A stretch of DNA of 64,000 nucleotides, from the NCBI RefSeq assembly GCF_009914755.1, contig NC_060944.1; one strand, 5' to 3'. The translations under genes and the position numbers were made by a program. Position 1 is the first letter of the stretch. Each line of letters starts with the position of its first letter. Positions 1-16,429 of the stretch are shown piece by piece. The notes below the pieces were generated by a model, which ran no database searches, was not told the DNA's origin, and worked only from the letters and a program-made list of their open reading frames with translations. Origin of the DNA: the human T2T-CHM13v2.0 reference genome, Homo sapiens.

Positions 1-34
1 GCCCCCTTCCCTGCTGTGGTTCTGGCCACCCCAG

Positions 35-149
35 AGAGGTGATCGAGAAGAAACCAGAGGTGTTCAAGGTCGCCTGCCTGAGTGACATCCAGCAGCTGTT
101 TCTGCCCCACGGACAGCCCTTCTATGCTGCCTTTGGGAATAGGCCCAAT
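35..149 (+). CDS. LPIN3: Lipin-3 (phosphatidate phosphatase) third-last coding exon, C-LIP domain
   Basis: Acceptor ccccAG ends at 34 and donor GTGAGT starts at 150. Translates [38 protein letters not shown], containing the lipin AAFGNR motif. Confidence 0.95.
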
Positions 150-236
150 GTGAGTGTGTCCCCTCCACTCTGCTGAGCCACCTCTCCCCAGCTGCCTGCA
201 GGCCTCCATTCCATGGGCCCCTCCTGTCTCCCACAG

Positions 237-340
237 GATGTCTTTGCCTACCGGCAGGTGGGCCTGCCTGAGTCACGCATCTTCACAGTCAACCCCCGGG
301 GAGAGCTCATCCAGGAGCTCATAAAGAACCACAAATCCAC
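237..340 (+). CDS. LPIN3: Lipin-3 penultimate coding exon
   Basis: Acceptor ccacAG ends at 236 and donor GTGAGG starts at 341. Translates [34 protein letters not shown](T); phase is consistent with neighbouring exons. Confidence 0.95.
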
Positions 341-519
341 GTGAGGCTAAACCCTGCCATGTTCCCCATGCCCTACCACGTCCCCCTGCCCTGGCTTCTC
401 CCTGGGCCCCAATTTTACCTCTTACCGGGGAGTCTGTCCCTTACTCTGGGACAGACCCATGGCCAAGGCCATCGTTTGGTGGCAGCTCAGGCTCAGTGCT
501 GGCCCCCTTCTGCCTGTAG

Positions 520-664
520 GTATGAGCGGCTTGGTGAAGTGGTCGAGCTCCTCTTCCCACCTGTGGCCCGTGGCCCCAGCACAGACCTGGCCAACCCTGA
601 ATACAGTAACTTCTGCTACTGGCGGGAGCCACTGCCTGCTGTGGACCTTGATACCCTGGACTGA
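520..664 (+). CDS. LPIN3: Lipin-3 last coding exon (to TGA)
   Basis: Acceptor ctgtAG ends at 519. Translates [15 protein letters not shown]...[21 protein letters not shown], a typical lipin C-terminus (FxYWR). Confidence 0.95.
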
Positions 665-805
665 ACCTGCCCTGGCTGGCTCCTCCTCCCTGGCCCGGCC
701 CAGGACTGGCTAGGTGTCCTGGGGTATAGGAGGGTGGGAATTGGAGTGTCATGGGGCAAACCCACTGAAGGGGAAGGAGGAGGCTGCAGGTTGGTTGGCA
801 GCTAG

Positions 806-1300
<495 letters not shown>

Positions 1301-1777
1301 TGATAGGACAGGGAGAAGAGGGAGGCCCTACCGAGGCTCGAGGCTTCAGTGAAGGGTGACAGCAGTGGGAGTGTGGTACAGCCTCTGGAAGGACACAGTG
1401 TTCTCCCCGCCCCTTGTCTGGGAGCCAGGACTGTACCCTCCGAAGCCAGACATCACTGCCAACATATCCCCCTTGCTGGTGCCCTGGCATCTCAGCACAT
1501 GACACACACCCACACCTGCAGGCTGTGGTTCCGGCTTGGCCTGCTCCCCGTCCGGCTGCTGCCGCTGCCTCTCTCCAGACCTCGCTTAAGGACAGTCCCA
1601 AACTCAGCTGGGGCAGGTGTTGGCCTGAAAGTCCTCCCCCAGCCTCTGCTGGCCAGCTTGGTGCTCACAGCTGCTGGGTAAGCTCTTGCCTAAGGAGCTG
1701 TGGGAAGCAGGGCTGATGCCCCAGCAACCTCTCCTCCCACTGTCTTTGAAGAAAGTAGCTTTAGACCGGCTAAAAGC

Positions 1778-1783
1778 TTTAAT
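1778..1783 (-). terminator. Polyadenylation signal ATTAAA (EMILIN3)
   Basis: tttaat on + reads ATTAAA on -, about 1.3 kb past the EMILIN3 stop codon. Confidence 0.6.
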
Positions 1784-2358
1784 CCAGAGCCTGCCCTACT
1801 CTGATAGTACCAGAGTGGAGGGCAGAATACCAAATGTCCAGGAACCAAAGGCAGGGCTGTGGGGACCTGAAGAGCAGCACAGTGGGGCCCGTGCTGCTGT
1901 GGGGGAAACTGAGGCTGGGAGCCTCAGCAGAGACCGGTGTCAAGAGTCTCTGGGAACTGCATAGGCCTGAGGAACATGCATTTTCAAGTTGTCCATTGAT
2001 GGTTTCGTACCTGAATTTCTCACCTTTTGTGAACATCTTGGGAGGGTGGGGGTTTTGCAGGGGTGTTAAAAGCAAGGCTTGGAGCCCCTTTCCTCCAGCT
2101 GGTGGCTCCTTCTCAGGGCCTGGCCTCATTCAGGCCACTTTGTAGAGAAATGCCCTGACCTCGCAGGAAGGATTTCCCCACCCCCAAGTGGAAGGAAGAG
2201 GACAGTGTGGGCACCAGAGGGCCCTGGAAACATCTTAGGGGAAGGAAAGGAAAAGGATAAATTTGGAGTGGGGGGTCTCTAAACAGATTGCCTGGATTCC
2301 GTTCTTTCCTGGGGTTCTACAGCTGCCTAAGCCCTCACCTTGGGGGAGGATCAAAGGG

Positions 2359-2364
2359 AATAAA
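2359..2364 (+). terminator. Polyadenylation signal AATAAA (LPIN3)
   Basis: Canonical hexamer with a downstream U/GU-rich tract. Confidence 0.75.
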
Positions 2365-2671
2365 GAGAACTCTTGGCTGAGTCTTTGTGCTTCTGTTCTG
2401 TCCTGAAGGACACGTGAGGAGCCAGAAACATCTGGCAGCCTCTGGTCCTTAGTTCAGATACAACATCCATGAAGCTGCCAGGTGTGAGGAGAGTTCCAGT
2501 GGGCATCACCTTCCTGCACAAACCTAGTCCTGATGGCTGCGAAGAGAAGCCGAGGGGACAAGGAACAGAAGCCACCAAGGGCTGTGGACTGTTGCTTGTG
2601 GGCACAGGGCAATGCGGACAGGCCACTGGCTGTGGGCCTGTAGGTCTCTGCACAGTTGCTGAGGCTGGTGC

Positions 2672-2783
2672 TGACTGCCTGCAGGGTCCTCTCAAGGCCT
2701 TACATACGGACACTGATCAAGGCCAGTTTGCCACAGCAGCTGCCCCTGCCAGCCATGCTCAGGCCCTGCAGCTGGCTGTCCAG
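2672..2783 (-). repeat. Dispersed direct duplicate of EMILIN3 exon 4 coding segment 4151-4262
   Basis: Gap-free manual alignment with 101/112 identities. Confidence 0.93.
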
Positions 2784-3065
2784 ACACTGATTTGCTGACA
2801 GTGGAATGTGAACTCTCTCAAGTCTACCCTGGCCTTCAAGCATGACATCCTTGCCTTGACCGCTGTCCGGAACTGTCCAGTTTCTGCAGCACTGTGCATG
2901 GGTTTTGGTGGCTGGGACAGCCACGTGGAGGATTCCCTCAGTGGCCTCCTTAGTGCCATTTGGGCTAGCCAGGGAAGGCTGGAAGGCGCTGCTGGATAAG
3001 GCTGGGCTCTGGGGTGATGTTCCCCGAGTTGGTGGGATCTAGGGGTTGGGTCCTGGCCAGCCTGT

Positions 3066-5238
<2,173 letters not shown>

Positions 5239-5435
5239 CAGACTTTCTGTTCTAAGCCTACCTTCTCACTGGGCATAACTCCCTCAGCTTTATGGTGGGG
5301 TGAAAGTGGGGCTTGGGGCTTGCCCCTCCCCATCCATGCCGGAGCTCAGCCAGCCTGGGATCAGTCCCCTCCCTGCCCCTGCCACTGAGCCCAAGAAACC
5401 CAATCACCTTGGAGGGTCTCCTTGGGCAGACTCAC

Positions 5436-5659
5436 CATGAGGGCTGGGGGCTGCTCTGCTGTAGGAAGGGGGCCTGGGGCCTGGGTCCAGCTGCCCTGAA
5501 GGAATCTGAGGCTCAGGCTCCAGCTGGGGTGAGGCAGCCCCATGGTCCGTGAGGTGCTCAGGGCAGCGTTTCCCAGTGAAGCCGGGACAGCAACGCCAGG
5601 CGAGGTCTGTCACTGTCTTGTAGCCAACCTTGTATTTGGGTCTGAGTACTGTGCGGTAC
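5436..5659 (-). CDS. EMILIN3: EMILIN-3 exon 3 (EMI domain C-terminal half)
   Basis: AG/GT boundaries. YRTVLRPKYKVGYKTVTDLAWRCCPGFTG contains the EMI WRCCPG motif. Confidence 0.96.
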
Positions 5660-6832
5660 CTGGGCCAGGGAGGGCAAGAGAGTGGGATCCTGCACCTGAG
5701 GGCTGTGCTTCTCCCCCTAGCTGGCACTCAGGGCCGCCCTCAGACACTTGCATAAGGCTGGGTATCTCCCCACCTCCATAGCACCCCCAGGGCTGTACTT
5801 TTTCTGTGCTTAAGGTGACAGGGGTGGGTAAGGGCAGGCCTTCCTGAAGCTCACAGTCATGTTAGGGAAGGATGCAGGTAGAAGTCCCACCCATCCTGGT
5901 AGCTTGGAGAGAAGCAGGAATTTTGCCCCATCCCTCCCAAGACCACTTGGACCCCCTCTAGCTCAGGCTGCCATGAGAAATTCCACTCAGGCTGCAGTAG
6001 CACCTGGGAGAATCAGACACAGCCCCAGCCCTCCCTGTGGGCAGGGAGGGGCACTGCCCTGGAGCTGGCGCTGGCAGCCCCCTCACTGCCCTGGGGGCCA
6101 CTCTTGGCTCCTACCTGCTCCCCTTAGTTCTTTCCACTCCTCTCTAGCCTGCTCCGGGACCTCGGCTCTGGTCAGAGAGGCAGATGGACGGGTACCTCTG
6201 ATTGTGAGCAGGGAAGGGAAGGTCCAGGGTACAGGCAGGCTCGCGAGGGTCCATGCCCTCACTGTTCAGCCACGTACCTGTTCACCCACTGACACACCGG
6301 AGACAACAGGTTTGTTTCCACACACACACGTGAACCTCTCCAGGTACAGAGCTGTGCATCCCATGTGCGTGCAGCCCTGCTGCTCCGGCTTCCTCTCCCT
6401 GCCCCATGGCCTGCCTCCTTGTGGTCACCACAGTCCTCCCTGGGCCTGCCAGGCCCCCCTGTGGCATCACCCGTTGCCTAAGGGGCCCTCTGCTCCCTCC
6501 TCTCCCCTCACCTTCTGCCTCTGTCACTTCCTCCTAGCCTTGTGCTGCCTCTGCCCCCAGAACCTTCCCCTTGTCCCTCTGTGGTTCCTGGGCTCCAACC
6601 CAAGCCTGCCCCTGTCTGTGCGGGTGATGCTCTGCTGCAAGCCCAAATCCCTGGGGTCCTCCTTGGCACCCTCTTTTCTGGGGCCGCCTTCTACTCTGGC
6701 CTGTATGGGGGCTCAGGTGGGCTCTCTGGAGTCCAAGAAGCCCCTTGTGGAGTTGGCAGCTGCTCTCAGCTGAAGGCAGGACTGGCGCTTGTGCCAGGGG
6801 ATTCCAAGTGTGTAGGTGAGGAGTGCACTTAC

Positions 6833-6955
6833 GTGACTGTCCCGGGGCACTTGGGCCCCCATCTACACTGCCGGTATTCAGCCTTTACGTAGCTCTCCGC
6901 TCCCTCCTGTAGGATGCAGGTCACATTCCTGTGCACCACATAGGCACAGAGGGCC
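6833..6955 (-). CDS. EMILIN3: EMILIN-3 exon 2 (EMI domain N-terminal half)
   Basis: Acceptor ctgtAG and donor GTAAGT. Translates ALCAYVVHRNVTCILQEGAESYVKAEYRQCRWGPKCPGTV. Confidence 0.96.
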
Positions 6956-7819
6956 CTACAGGAGAAAATGGCACCCCTGGAATATCTGGCTGAGCGAGGC
7001 CCACAGAGGCGCCTACCCTCCCACCTCCATCTGTGGGCCTCAGCAGGACTCCAAACTCCCATGTCTCTTCTGTCTGTTCTCTGTGTCCCTGGGAGCCAAC
7101 GCCCTTGGTCTGGGGTCCAGCCCCGCTGCTGGTCTCTGATTCCAGCCTCCGTGATGGGTGGCCCCTGGGCTAAGCACTATTTGGAACCAGGAGCCTGATG
7201 TGGCTGCCCCTCCCTGCGTGGGGAAGAGGCCAGCCCGGATTCTCCCTCAAGTGCCCTGCCACACCCCCCCATCCTTCGCTGATTCCAAACTCCTTATCTT
7301 GGCATTTAAGGCTTCCGAGTCCCCACTCAGTGACTCCTTTGAGAGCACCATGTCTTGTCCTTCCTCCCTGCCTGGCTCCCGGGGAAATCCACCTCTCCTC
7401 GTAGTTTTGCAGCCCCTGCCTTTGGTCCTGTTCCCTTACTCTCAGAGCAGTTCTTGTACCACCTCCTCCAGGAGGCTCGCTGTGATGTACCCAGGCCCAC
7501 TGAGTGTCGGTACTCTTCCTCCTACAACAGCTCTCAAATTCAGCTAGAATTCAAGTTCAGCCAGCACCCCAGGCAGAGCCTCCAGCCCACTTAACTGAGG
7601 CCAGTTCGCAAGCCACTGCCCACGAAACACCAGAAGCTGAGGCGGGGAAAGCAGGCTCCTTGATGAGCCACAAGGGCTGAGGAGGTGGCTGCCTGGCATA
7701 AGCCGACCGCTGTGGACGGCTGTGCCACAGCACAGGCCCGGAGCCAGGAGCCCGCTCTGGCTCTGCAGCCCGGCCACGCTGGGGCTCCCATGGGGTTGCT
7801 GGGGCCAGGCTGACTGCGA

Positions 7820-8960
7820 GAGGGCAGCGGCCGCCCGGATGCGCAGCTCTATCTCCTACCTGGCCGGGCCAGGGGAGAGAAGGGAGGCCCGGGGCGGGGG
7901 AGCCCCGCGTGCTCAGCGCGCGGACCGCCTTTCCTCCTCTCCCTCCACCTGGTCCGCTCGCCCGGAGTCTGCACACAGCGCAGCTGGAAAATGTTACTTC
8001 GCTGGAAAGGTTTCCGCTGGCACTGCCAGGATCCCAAGCCGCCGCGCCAGGCCCCCTCGGTTCCTTTTTCCTCGCCAGCCCCGCAACCTCCCGGAGCGTA
8101 GGGCGCTCGCCTGGGCAGGGGCTCGGCCCCGGGCGCCGCCCCCTCTGTGCAGCGGCCTCGGGGTGCCCGGGGCCTCGACGCCCCCCGCGGGTGCGGGCAG
8201 GTGGGAGCGGCGACGCGCGCGGGCCCATCCCTCCCTCTTCCCGCCCGCCGCCCGCCCGCGCTTACTTGTGCGGCCCCGGGCGCAGCCGCGGGCGCCATCC
8301 CGTCGTGTAGAGACTGTAGCGGGAGGCACCGGGCGGCGCAGGCCGCGCCAGGAGCGGGGTGCCCCTGGCCTGCGCCCCCGAGAGCAGCGCCGCGACGGCG
8401 CACAGCCAGACGAGCAGGCGGCGGCGGCCCATAGCGGCCCCCGCGCCTCTGCCCGGCCCCGCGCGGTGCCCCCCGCCGGGTGTCCGCCTGCAGCGCCGCG
8501 CCGCCCCCGCCGCTGGTCGGCCCGGGTCCCGCCCCGAGGGTCCCGGGGTCCCCTTCGGCCCCCGAGCTCGCTGGCCCGGCCGCCTGGCGCTTCGCGGCGG
8601 CTGCGTCCCGCGGAGTGGCCGGCGCTGCTAGCGGCTGGGGCCGCGGAGGGGAGGCGGGAGGCGGGCTCTTTGCGGATTAGCATAAACTTGGGGCCGCGCC
8701 GCTCGCCGCCGCCAGCCCCTCGCCCCAGCTCCGAGCGGACGGCCGAGGAGCCGCCTGCGAACAGGAGGTTCCAAAGGGAGCAGCCCCAGGTGGCAGGGGC
8801 GCAGGCCGCCGCGCCCTGGGAGGCCCCCCGAGCACACCAGCCACTCTGTCGCCTGCGGGCACGGGGCGAGACGCAGAGAAGCGGACCCCTGAGGCCAGCC
8901 TGGGCGTGGACTTTCCAGGAGTCGTCCACCCTCAGGATACGCTTGTCTTCAGAGTCCGTG
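7820..8960. promoter_or_regulatory. CpG island / EMILIN3 promoter
   Basis: Very high GC and CpG density across exon 1, GC boxes (GGCGGG) near 8653-8666, and an octamer-like ATGCTAAT on - at 8676-8683. Confidence 0.9.
8266..8432 (-). CDS. EMILIN3: EMILIN-3 exon 1 coding part (signal peptide)
   Basis: ATG at 8432-8430. Translates MGRRRLLVWLCAVAALLSGAQARG...YSLYTTGWRPRLRPGPH(K); donor GTAAGC. Confidence 0.95.
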
Positions 8961-10080
8961 TGAACCCGGGAACTGCTCTCCAGGGCTCTGGAGCCGAGAT
9001 GGCCGTGACTGGGGGCACAGCAGCACCACCTCCCCCGCCACCTCTTTGGAATAGACCCCAGATCATCCCCGTTTGCTCGCTCTGCCTCCTGGCCCCATCA
9101 TTGCCCGGGAACCTTAGTTTGATAACTCCGCTGACCTCTCCCCAGGCATCCCACCTCCCCCTTACCCCGCAACCTCTGCCACGTAGCCTGGTGGCCCGGT
9201 TGCACCTCTGGTTCTCTGGAGGCGCCTGTGTTGCCTCTCTGTCTTAGGTATGGGTTGCACCGAGCCCGAAAGGCCTATCACCGCCCCAGCCCAGCCAAAA
9301 GTGCTGTGCTTTTCGTGCAACTGAAGCTCTAAGCCGGCTGGTCAGAGAAAATCCTCAGGTCTTTCTCACAAGGCACTGCCGCGGTGAAGCCAGGCGTCGT
9401 CCACATTTTGCTTGTGAAGTTGACTCTTGGAACCCAAGAGTTGGGTTTTATCGTCGTCCTCATTCAGTATCACCTTGCTAACTCTCTAACCTGCACAGAG
9501 TCCTTCTGATTCTGTCATCAGAGCGGTACTTTCCTGGCCTTGTCTCATCCACACCGGTGGCTACAGCCGTCTGTGTCTTTGCCCCAGGAGCTGATAGGTG
9601 TACAGAACTCTGGGGCTTGCTTGGAGAGACCTCCCTCCAAATTGACCTTGAGATATGAATTAATGCCTTTTGGATAGGGTGATGGTTATCAAGGATACTG
9701 GAAGGGGCAGCTCCGAAACCCACATCTATTTCCTGCCCTTAGCTTTAGTGGCTTTTGGGTTCTGTGGGGCGGACATCTGACCCCAGCTAGGCCCATCCTG
9801 CTTTCCCCCAGGCTTTGGAATCAGAACACAGAAGCTGAAGGAATCCAGCTTCCAGGTGTAGGTTGTGTGAGTTTCTCAGGGCTGTGGTAACAGCCACAGA
9901 CTCAGTGGCTTAACACACAGAAATGTATTCTTGCACATTTCTGGAGGCTAACTCCAAAATCCATGGGCCAGCAGGGCAATGCCCCCTCCAGTGGCTCTGG
10001 GGAGAAGCCTTCCTTGCCTCTTCCAGCCACTGGTGGTTCCTGGCAATCTCTGGCGTTCTTTGGTCAAGGATTCTTTGTAG

Positions 10081-11075
<995 letters not shown>

Positions 11076-11447
11076 AGCCTCCTCTTCTTATAAGGACACC
11101 AGTCATTGGATGTACAGCCCAACATAACCTCATCTCAAATGATTACGTCTACAAAGACCCTATTTCCAAATAAGGTCACATTCTGAGGTTCCAAATGTTC
11201 ATGAATTTTGGGAGGGGCACAATTCAATCCACTACAGGGGCACTTGGCTGGTAATGATAGGAGAGACCACGAGAGCTCTGGGGGAATCATGGGAAAGGGA
11301 GAAAGAGTGTGGTCAGGGGAGAGAGGGGCAGAGTCAGGGGCTATGTGGTGAGTAACCATCTGGGGACAAGCTGTGACTTCCCTATCTGCTTCCAGTAGTC
11401 CACCATTGGAGCTAGCTTGAATGGGTTTCTGATCCCAGCAACCAAAT

Positions 11448-11512
11448 GTGCTCTACAGAGAGAAACTTCTCTAGTCATGAACTGTAGAAATGATCCCTGA
11501 AAGTATAGTCTT
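11448..11512 (-). pseudogene. U3 snoRNA 5'-fragment retropseudogene (tailless)
   Basis: The reverse complement AAGACTATACTTTCAGGGATCATTTCTACAGTTCATGACTAGAGAAGTTTCTCTCTGTAGAGCAC matches the U3 5' end. TSD cagcaacca(a/c)atg at 11436-11448 and 11514-11526. Confidence 0.9.
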
Positions 11513-12324
11513 ACAGCAACCACATGGTCCCTAAGACAGCCTTTCACTCTCCCTATAAAAGCACCGAATGTGCTATTATATGCTCCAACCTCTAAGAGAG
11601 ATGTTATGAACCATTTTGCTGAGGGCAAGATACACCATATCCCCAACAAGCTCTTGATCTTGTAACCACTGACTTTGCGCTTTTTAGGAAGTGAGAAACA
11701 TCTGAGCCAGCTCCTCATCCTAGGCTGGGTGCTGACTGCCTGGCAGCATTGCCCAGCCTGGCTCTGGGAGGAACTCCCCCACCCCAGAGGCTGTGATCTT
11801 TTTCCAAGTGGTCCCACCCCTTCCTCTCACTCCCTTCCCCAGCCCCAGATGTGGGGCCCAAAACTCACAAGGAAGAGGCTGGACCCTGTTTGAGCTTGGA
11901 AATATCCACGTCATAGGGGCTAAAAGGATAGCTGGACCCCACTTCCCCCTTTCCCAGGTGGCTGACATCAAACACCATGCTCCCTCTTTCACTGCAACAG
12001 TTTTGGGATCCAGGATCTGGGCCCCATTCTAGTGGGGGTGGAGGACCTCAGTACAGGGAGATGCTCAGGGTCTTGGCTGGATCAGGCCAGAGCGGGGGTC
12101 CCCCCATAGACGATGAGGCCACTTTGCATCTGCCAGACAGGAAACCTAGGGAGGCCAGAAGCAGAGGAGGAAAGGAGGCAGTCATGTTCCTCTGACTCAG
12201 ACTGGAGTTTCTACACCTGGATGGAAACGGGCCATACACGGGAGTGGGAGTGCAGTTTCAGTTCACAGGGACATGCACAACCACACCCAACCCATCCCCC
12301 ATACCACTATCATGCATGTGCATG

Positions 12325-12782
<458 letters not shown>

Positions 12783-13388
12783 TTTCCTTTTCTTATTGAG
12801 GGCCCAGCACATAAGAGTATTAAAAACCACACAAAGTTGTATGGGATGCAGTTCCCCTAAAAGAGACAGAAATAGAAAGCACTGAAGCTGCTGGCTTTCT
12901 GGTACAAGCTCTTCCTGCTGCAGATGGACCCCTCCTGCACAGGGACCACAGCCCTTGAAGGCACCAGCCCTAAGGTGCAGCCCTTTGTCCCTGACCATCT
13001 CCCTTACCCTCTTTTTTTTTCTTTTTTGAGAGTGCACAGCTAGGCCTCCCTGCCCACAGAGCCACATTTGGAAGTTCTGTGCAGCAAGGCTCTTTGCCCA
13101 GGCTCACTTTTTTCTCCACATCATCACCATCAGCATTTTGATTATATCTGCACCATCATAAAAGGTTATACCAAATGCACATGAGTTTCTGAGGCAGGGG
13201 TTTGCACTGACCCCATCCAGCTAGGCAGAAGCAGGGCTCGTCCAGGATCCTAGGGGGGATAGATGTGCAGCCTGGAGGCAAGGTCCTGGAAGAGTCCAGA
13301 AATCGTGGAAACTGGGCTCTGTAAAGCCTGGACGGACTTCCATTGAGTGAGAGTAGCTTAGGAACAGCTTAGAAATTGTGACTGCTGA

Positions 13389-13855
<467 letters not shown>

Positions 13856-13929
13856 AGGACTTGCCAGTTTTCTTATGGTGGGCAGGAAGGGCTTTGCTCC
13901 AAGGTGGTTCACACACTGTGGGGAAGAAA

Positions 13930-14120
13930 TCAGGCAAGGAGTCAATTAGACTCAGGTTTGAATCCCAGCTCTTCCACTCACAAGTTGCATGACCTCCCTT
14001 GAGTCACTTCACCCCTCTGAGCCTCTGCTTTCCTATACGAAAATGATTATTATGAGGAATAGATGAGAACTTTGGCCAAGGCTCCCATGTGCACAGTCGT
14101 GCACATAACAGACGCCCAGT
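13930..14120 (+). mobile_element. MIR
   Basis: MIR core ggtttgaatcccagctct...ctctgagcctctgctttcc. Confidence 0.7.
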
Positions 14121-14487
14121 GAGTGTGGCAGGGCTCTGCACAGAGTCCTTTCTTGGGGGTTGGATATCTGGGCCTCCTTTCTAGTCACTGCAGTAGCAGC
14201 TGTGCCCCCTCAGGCTGTGGGCAGGACCTTCTTGCAAAGCAGCACATGCAGCTCTGGGTTTGGAAAATGTCAGTGCTTGGATGGACCAGGAATCCATGTA
14301 CCTCTCACTCGTCAAGAAATCTGGCAGAGGTCACACTCAACAGGGGTGCTGTGGGTACCCCAGCCAGACTCCCTTTCCCTGGTCAGTGTACCCATGAATC
14401 CCCTGGCTGCAGGTGTGATTACTGGGAATGCTCCCAGCTGCCCCTTCTGTGAATTGCCCTTGGCTGAGGAGTGACTGGCTGATAGGG

Positions 14488-14844
14488 TGAAATGGTTTGG
14501 CTGTGTCCCCACCCAAATCTCATCTTGAATTGTAACTCTCACAATTCCCATGTGTCGTGGGAGGAACCTGGTGGGAGGTGATTGGATTATGGGGGCAGGT
14601 CTTTCCTGCACTGTTCTCATGATAGTGATTCAGTCTCACAAGATCTGATGGTTTTAAAAAGGGGAGTTTCCCTGCACAAGCGCTCTTTTCTTGTCTGCCG
14701 CCATGTGAGATGTGCCTTTCACCTTCCACCATGATTGTGAGGCCTCCCCAGCCACGTAGCTGTAAGTCCAATAAACCTCTTTCTTTTGTAAACTGCCCAG
14801 TCTAGAATATGTCTTTATCAGCAGTGTGAAAATGGACTAATATA
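14488..14844 (+). mobile_element. THE1 (MaLR) solo LTR
   Basis: tgaaatggtttggctgtgtccccacccaaatctcatcttgaattg...aataaacctct...ggactaatata; 5-bp TSD taggg/caggg. Confidence 0.9.
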
Positions 14845-16429
14845 CAGGGGGACAAAAAAGGCAGCCTCCTCGCCTCATGGTGGACAGCCCAGTGTTAGTT
14901 TATGTTGCAGAGCCCCCTTGGTCAGGCCCCTCTAGACTCTACCTGGGATCCATTCTTGCTCTATTTCCATCCTCTCCTGTTTTCCTACCTCCCTTATGTA
15001 TCTCTCCCAGGAGCCCCCTTGATAAATGACTTATAACTAGATCCCTGTCTCAGGATCTGCTTTTGTGGAACCCAACCCAAGAGAGGGGGACAGACCTGCA
15101 TGCAGAGGGGGACATGAACTTGTATAGTCAGGAACCATAGGGTAGCGTGGGCTCACAGAGGAAGAAGTGCCTGGGTGCCTGAGCTTGGGGGAAGGGATCA
15201 GAGGGTGTTTCACAAAACAGGCAACACTAGAGTTCACCGCACGGGGAGAAAGCACCGTGGGTGGTGGGTGCGGCATGTGCATGGCCTGGAGGCAGGAGAG
15301 AGCCTGGTATGTATGGGGAACCCCGCAGAGCTCTGGGTAGCCCAGGCTCCAAGAGAGGTTGGCAGGGGCCAGACAAGAGGGGCCTTGAATACCCCAGTGA
15401 AAAGTCTGGACTTTACAGCTGGAAACGATGCATGCAGAACTGTCGGGAAAAACATCCTGTGGCTGCAGCTGTGTGGAGCAGACACACGAGGTGGGGTGCC
15501 GGTGGGGTGGCCCTGGCAGCTGTCAGCCACCAGGCTAACAGGGACCGAGGGATGAGGAACAGGGCTAGATTCTAGAGGCTTTCAGGACAAAGGACTAAAA
15601 GGCCTTGGTGGCTAATCTGGGGCTCTGGGTGTGGGAAGGAGTCTAGAAGGTACCACAAAGAGAGGAGACAAAACATCAGGGCTGAGGCAGGGTTGAATGA
15701 GCTGTACAGGGCAGGGGTCTGCATTCCCTGTGCCCACCACAGCTAGAGCCAGGCTGAGCCTCCAGTTGGAAGGTCCGGACACTGACCAGAGTATGTGGCA
15801 CAGCTGGCCTGACCCCAGTAAGGACCTGGGGCTGCCCCTTGCTGGAGGGGCTGGCCTCCAGGCCTGATTAGGACAGGGATGGGGAGAGGCTGGGGGCGGG
15901 GGAGTAGAGTGCAGAGCTGCTCAGGCATTGATGCGGGGGTGTGGTTGCAAGGCCCTGGGAAGGGCTCACCATCAGCTCTCCTCTAACTCTTCTATTCATG
16001 GACACCAGAGTAAAAACTACACAAGATTACCCACTGGTGATGGGGGAGGCAGGCTTGCAATGCAGGGTGTGTGCAGAGAGGCCAAAACAAGCAGGGGAGG
16101 GGGCTACCCTCCATGGGGGGAAGGAAGGGGAGGGTGTTGCCATGGAAGACTCATGCTTGGACAGGCAGAACCTGACCTTCACCCAGACACTGTCCTTATC
16201 TCAGACCTGCTCTGCCTTAATTCCTTAATTTGCTGGGACATTTGCTGGGCACCCGGTGCTGGAAGCACAGACAGGTCGGCTCCAGGCTCTGTGCTCAAGG
16301 CATCCAGAGGGGCAGAGGTGGATGAGAGTTAGAGAAGCCCCAGGAGGGGCCAGAAAGGGGCCTGGGGAGGTGAGAGGGGAAAGAGCATCCATGGTGGGAG
16401 ACACATGCTCCAATCAGAGGGAGGGGACT

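Larger units (their letters stand above)
1760..3065 (-). other. EMILIN3: EMILIN3 3' UTR (end approximate)
   Basis: Lies between the TAG at 3068-3066 and ATTAAA at 1783-1778. Confidence 0.65.

Noticed and set aside
2351-2713. 120-aa minus ORF in the EMILIN3 3' UTR beginning inside the duplicated segment
   Set aside because: Starts at GTG, is out of frame with the EMILIN3-homologous reading, and shows no recognisable homology.
5859-6773. 304-aa + strand ORF in EMILIN3 intron 2
   Set aside because: No recognisable domain or splice context; GC-rich composition explains the open frame.
7557-8963. Several long overlapping ORFs (413, 311, 223 and 184 aa) around EMILIN3 exon 1
   Set aside because: Stop-codon scarcity in a CpG island; low-complexity Arg/Pro/Gly/Ala translations with no domain.
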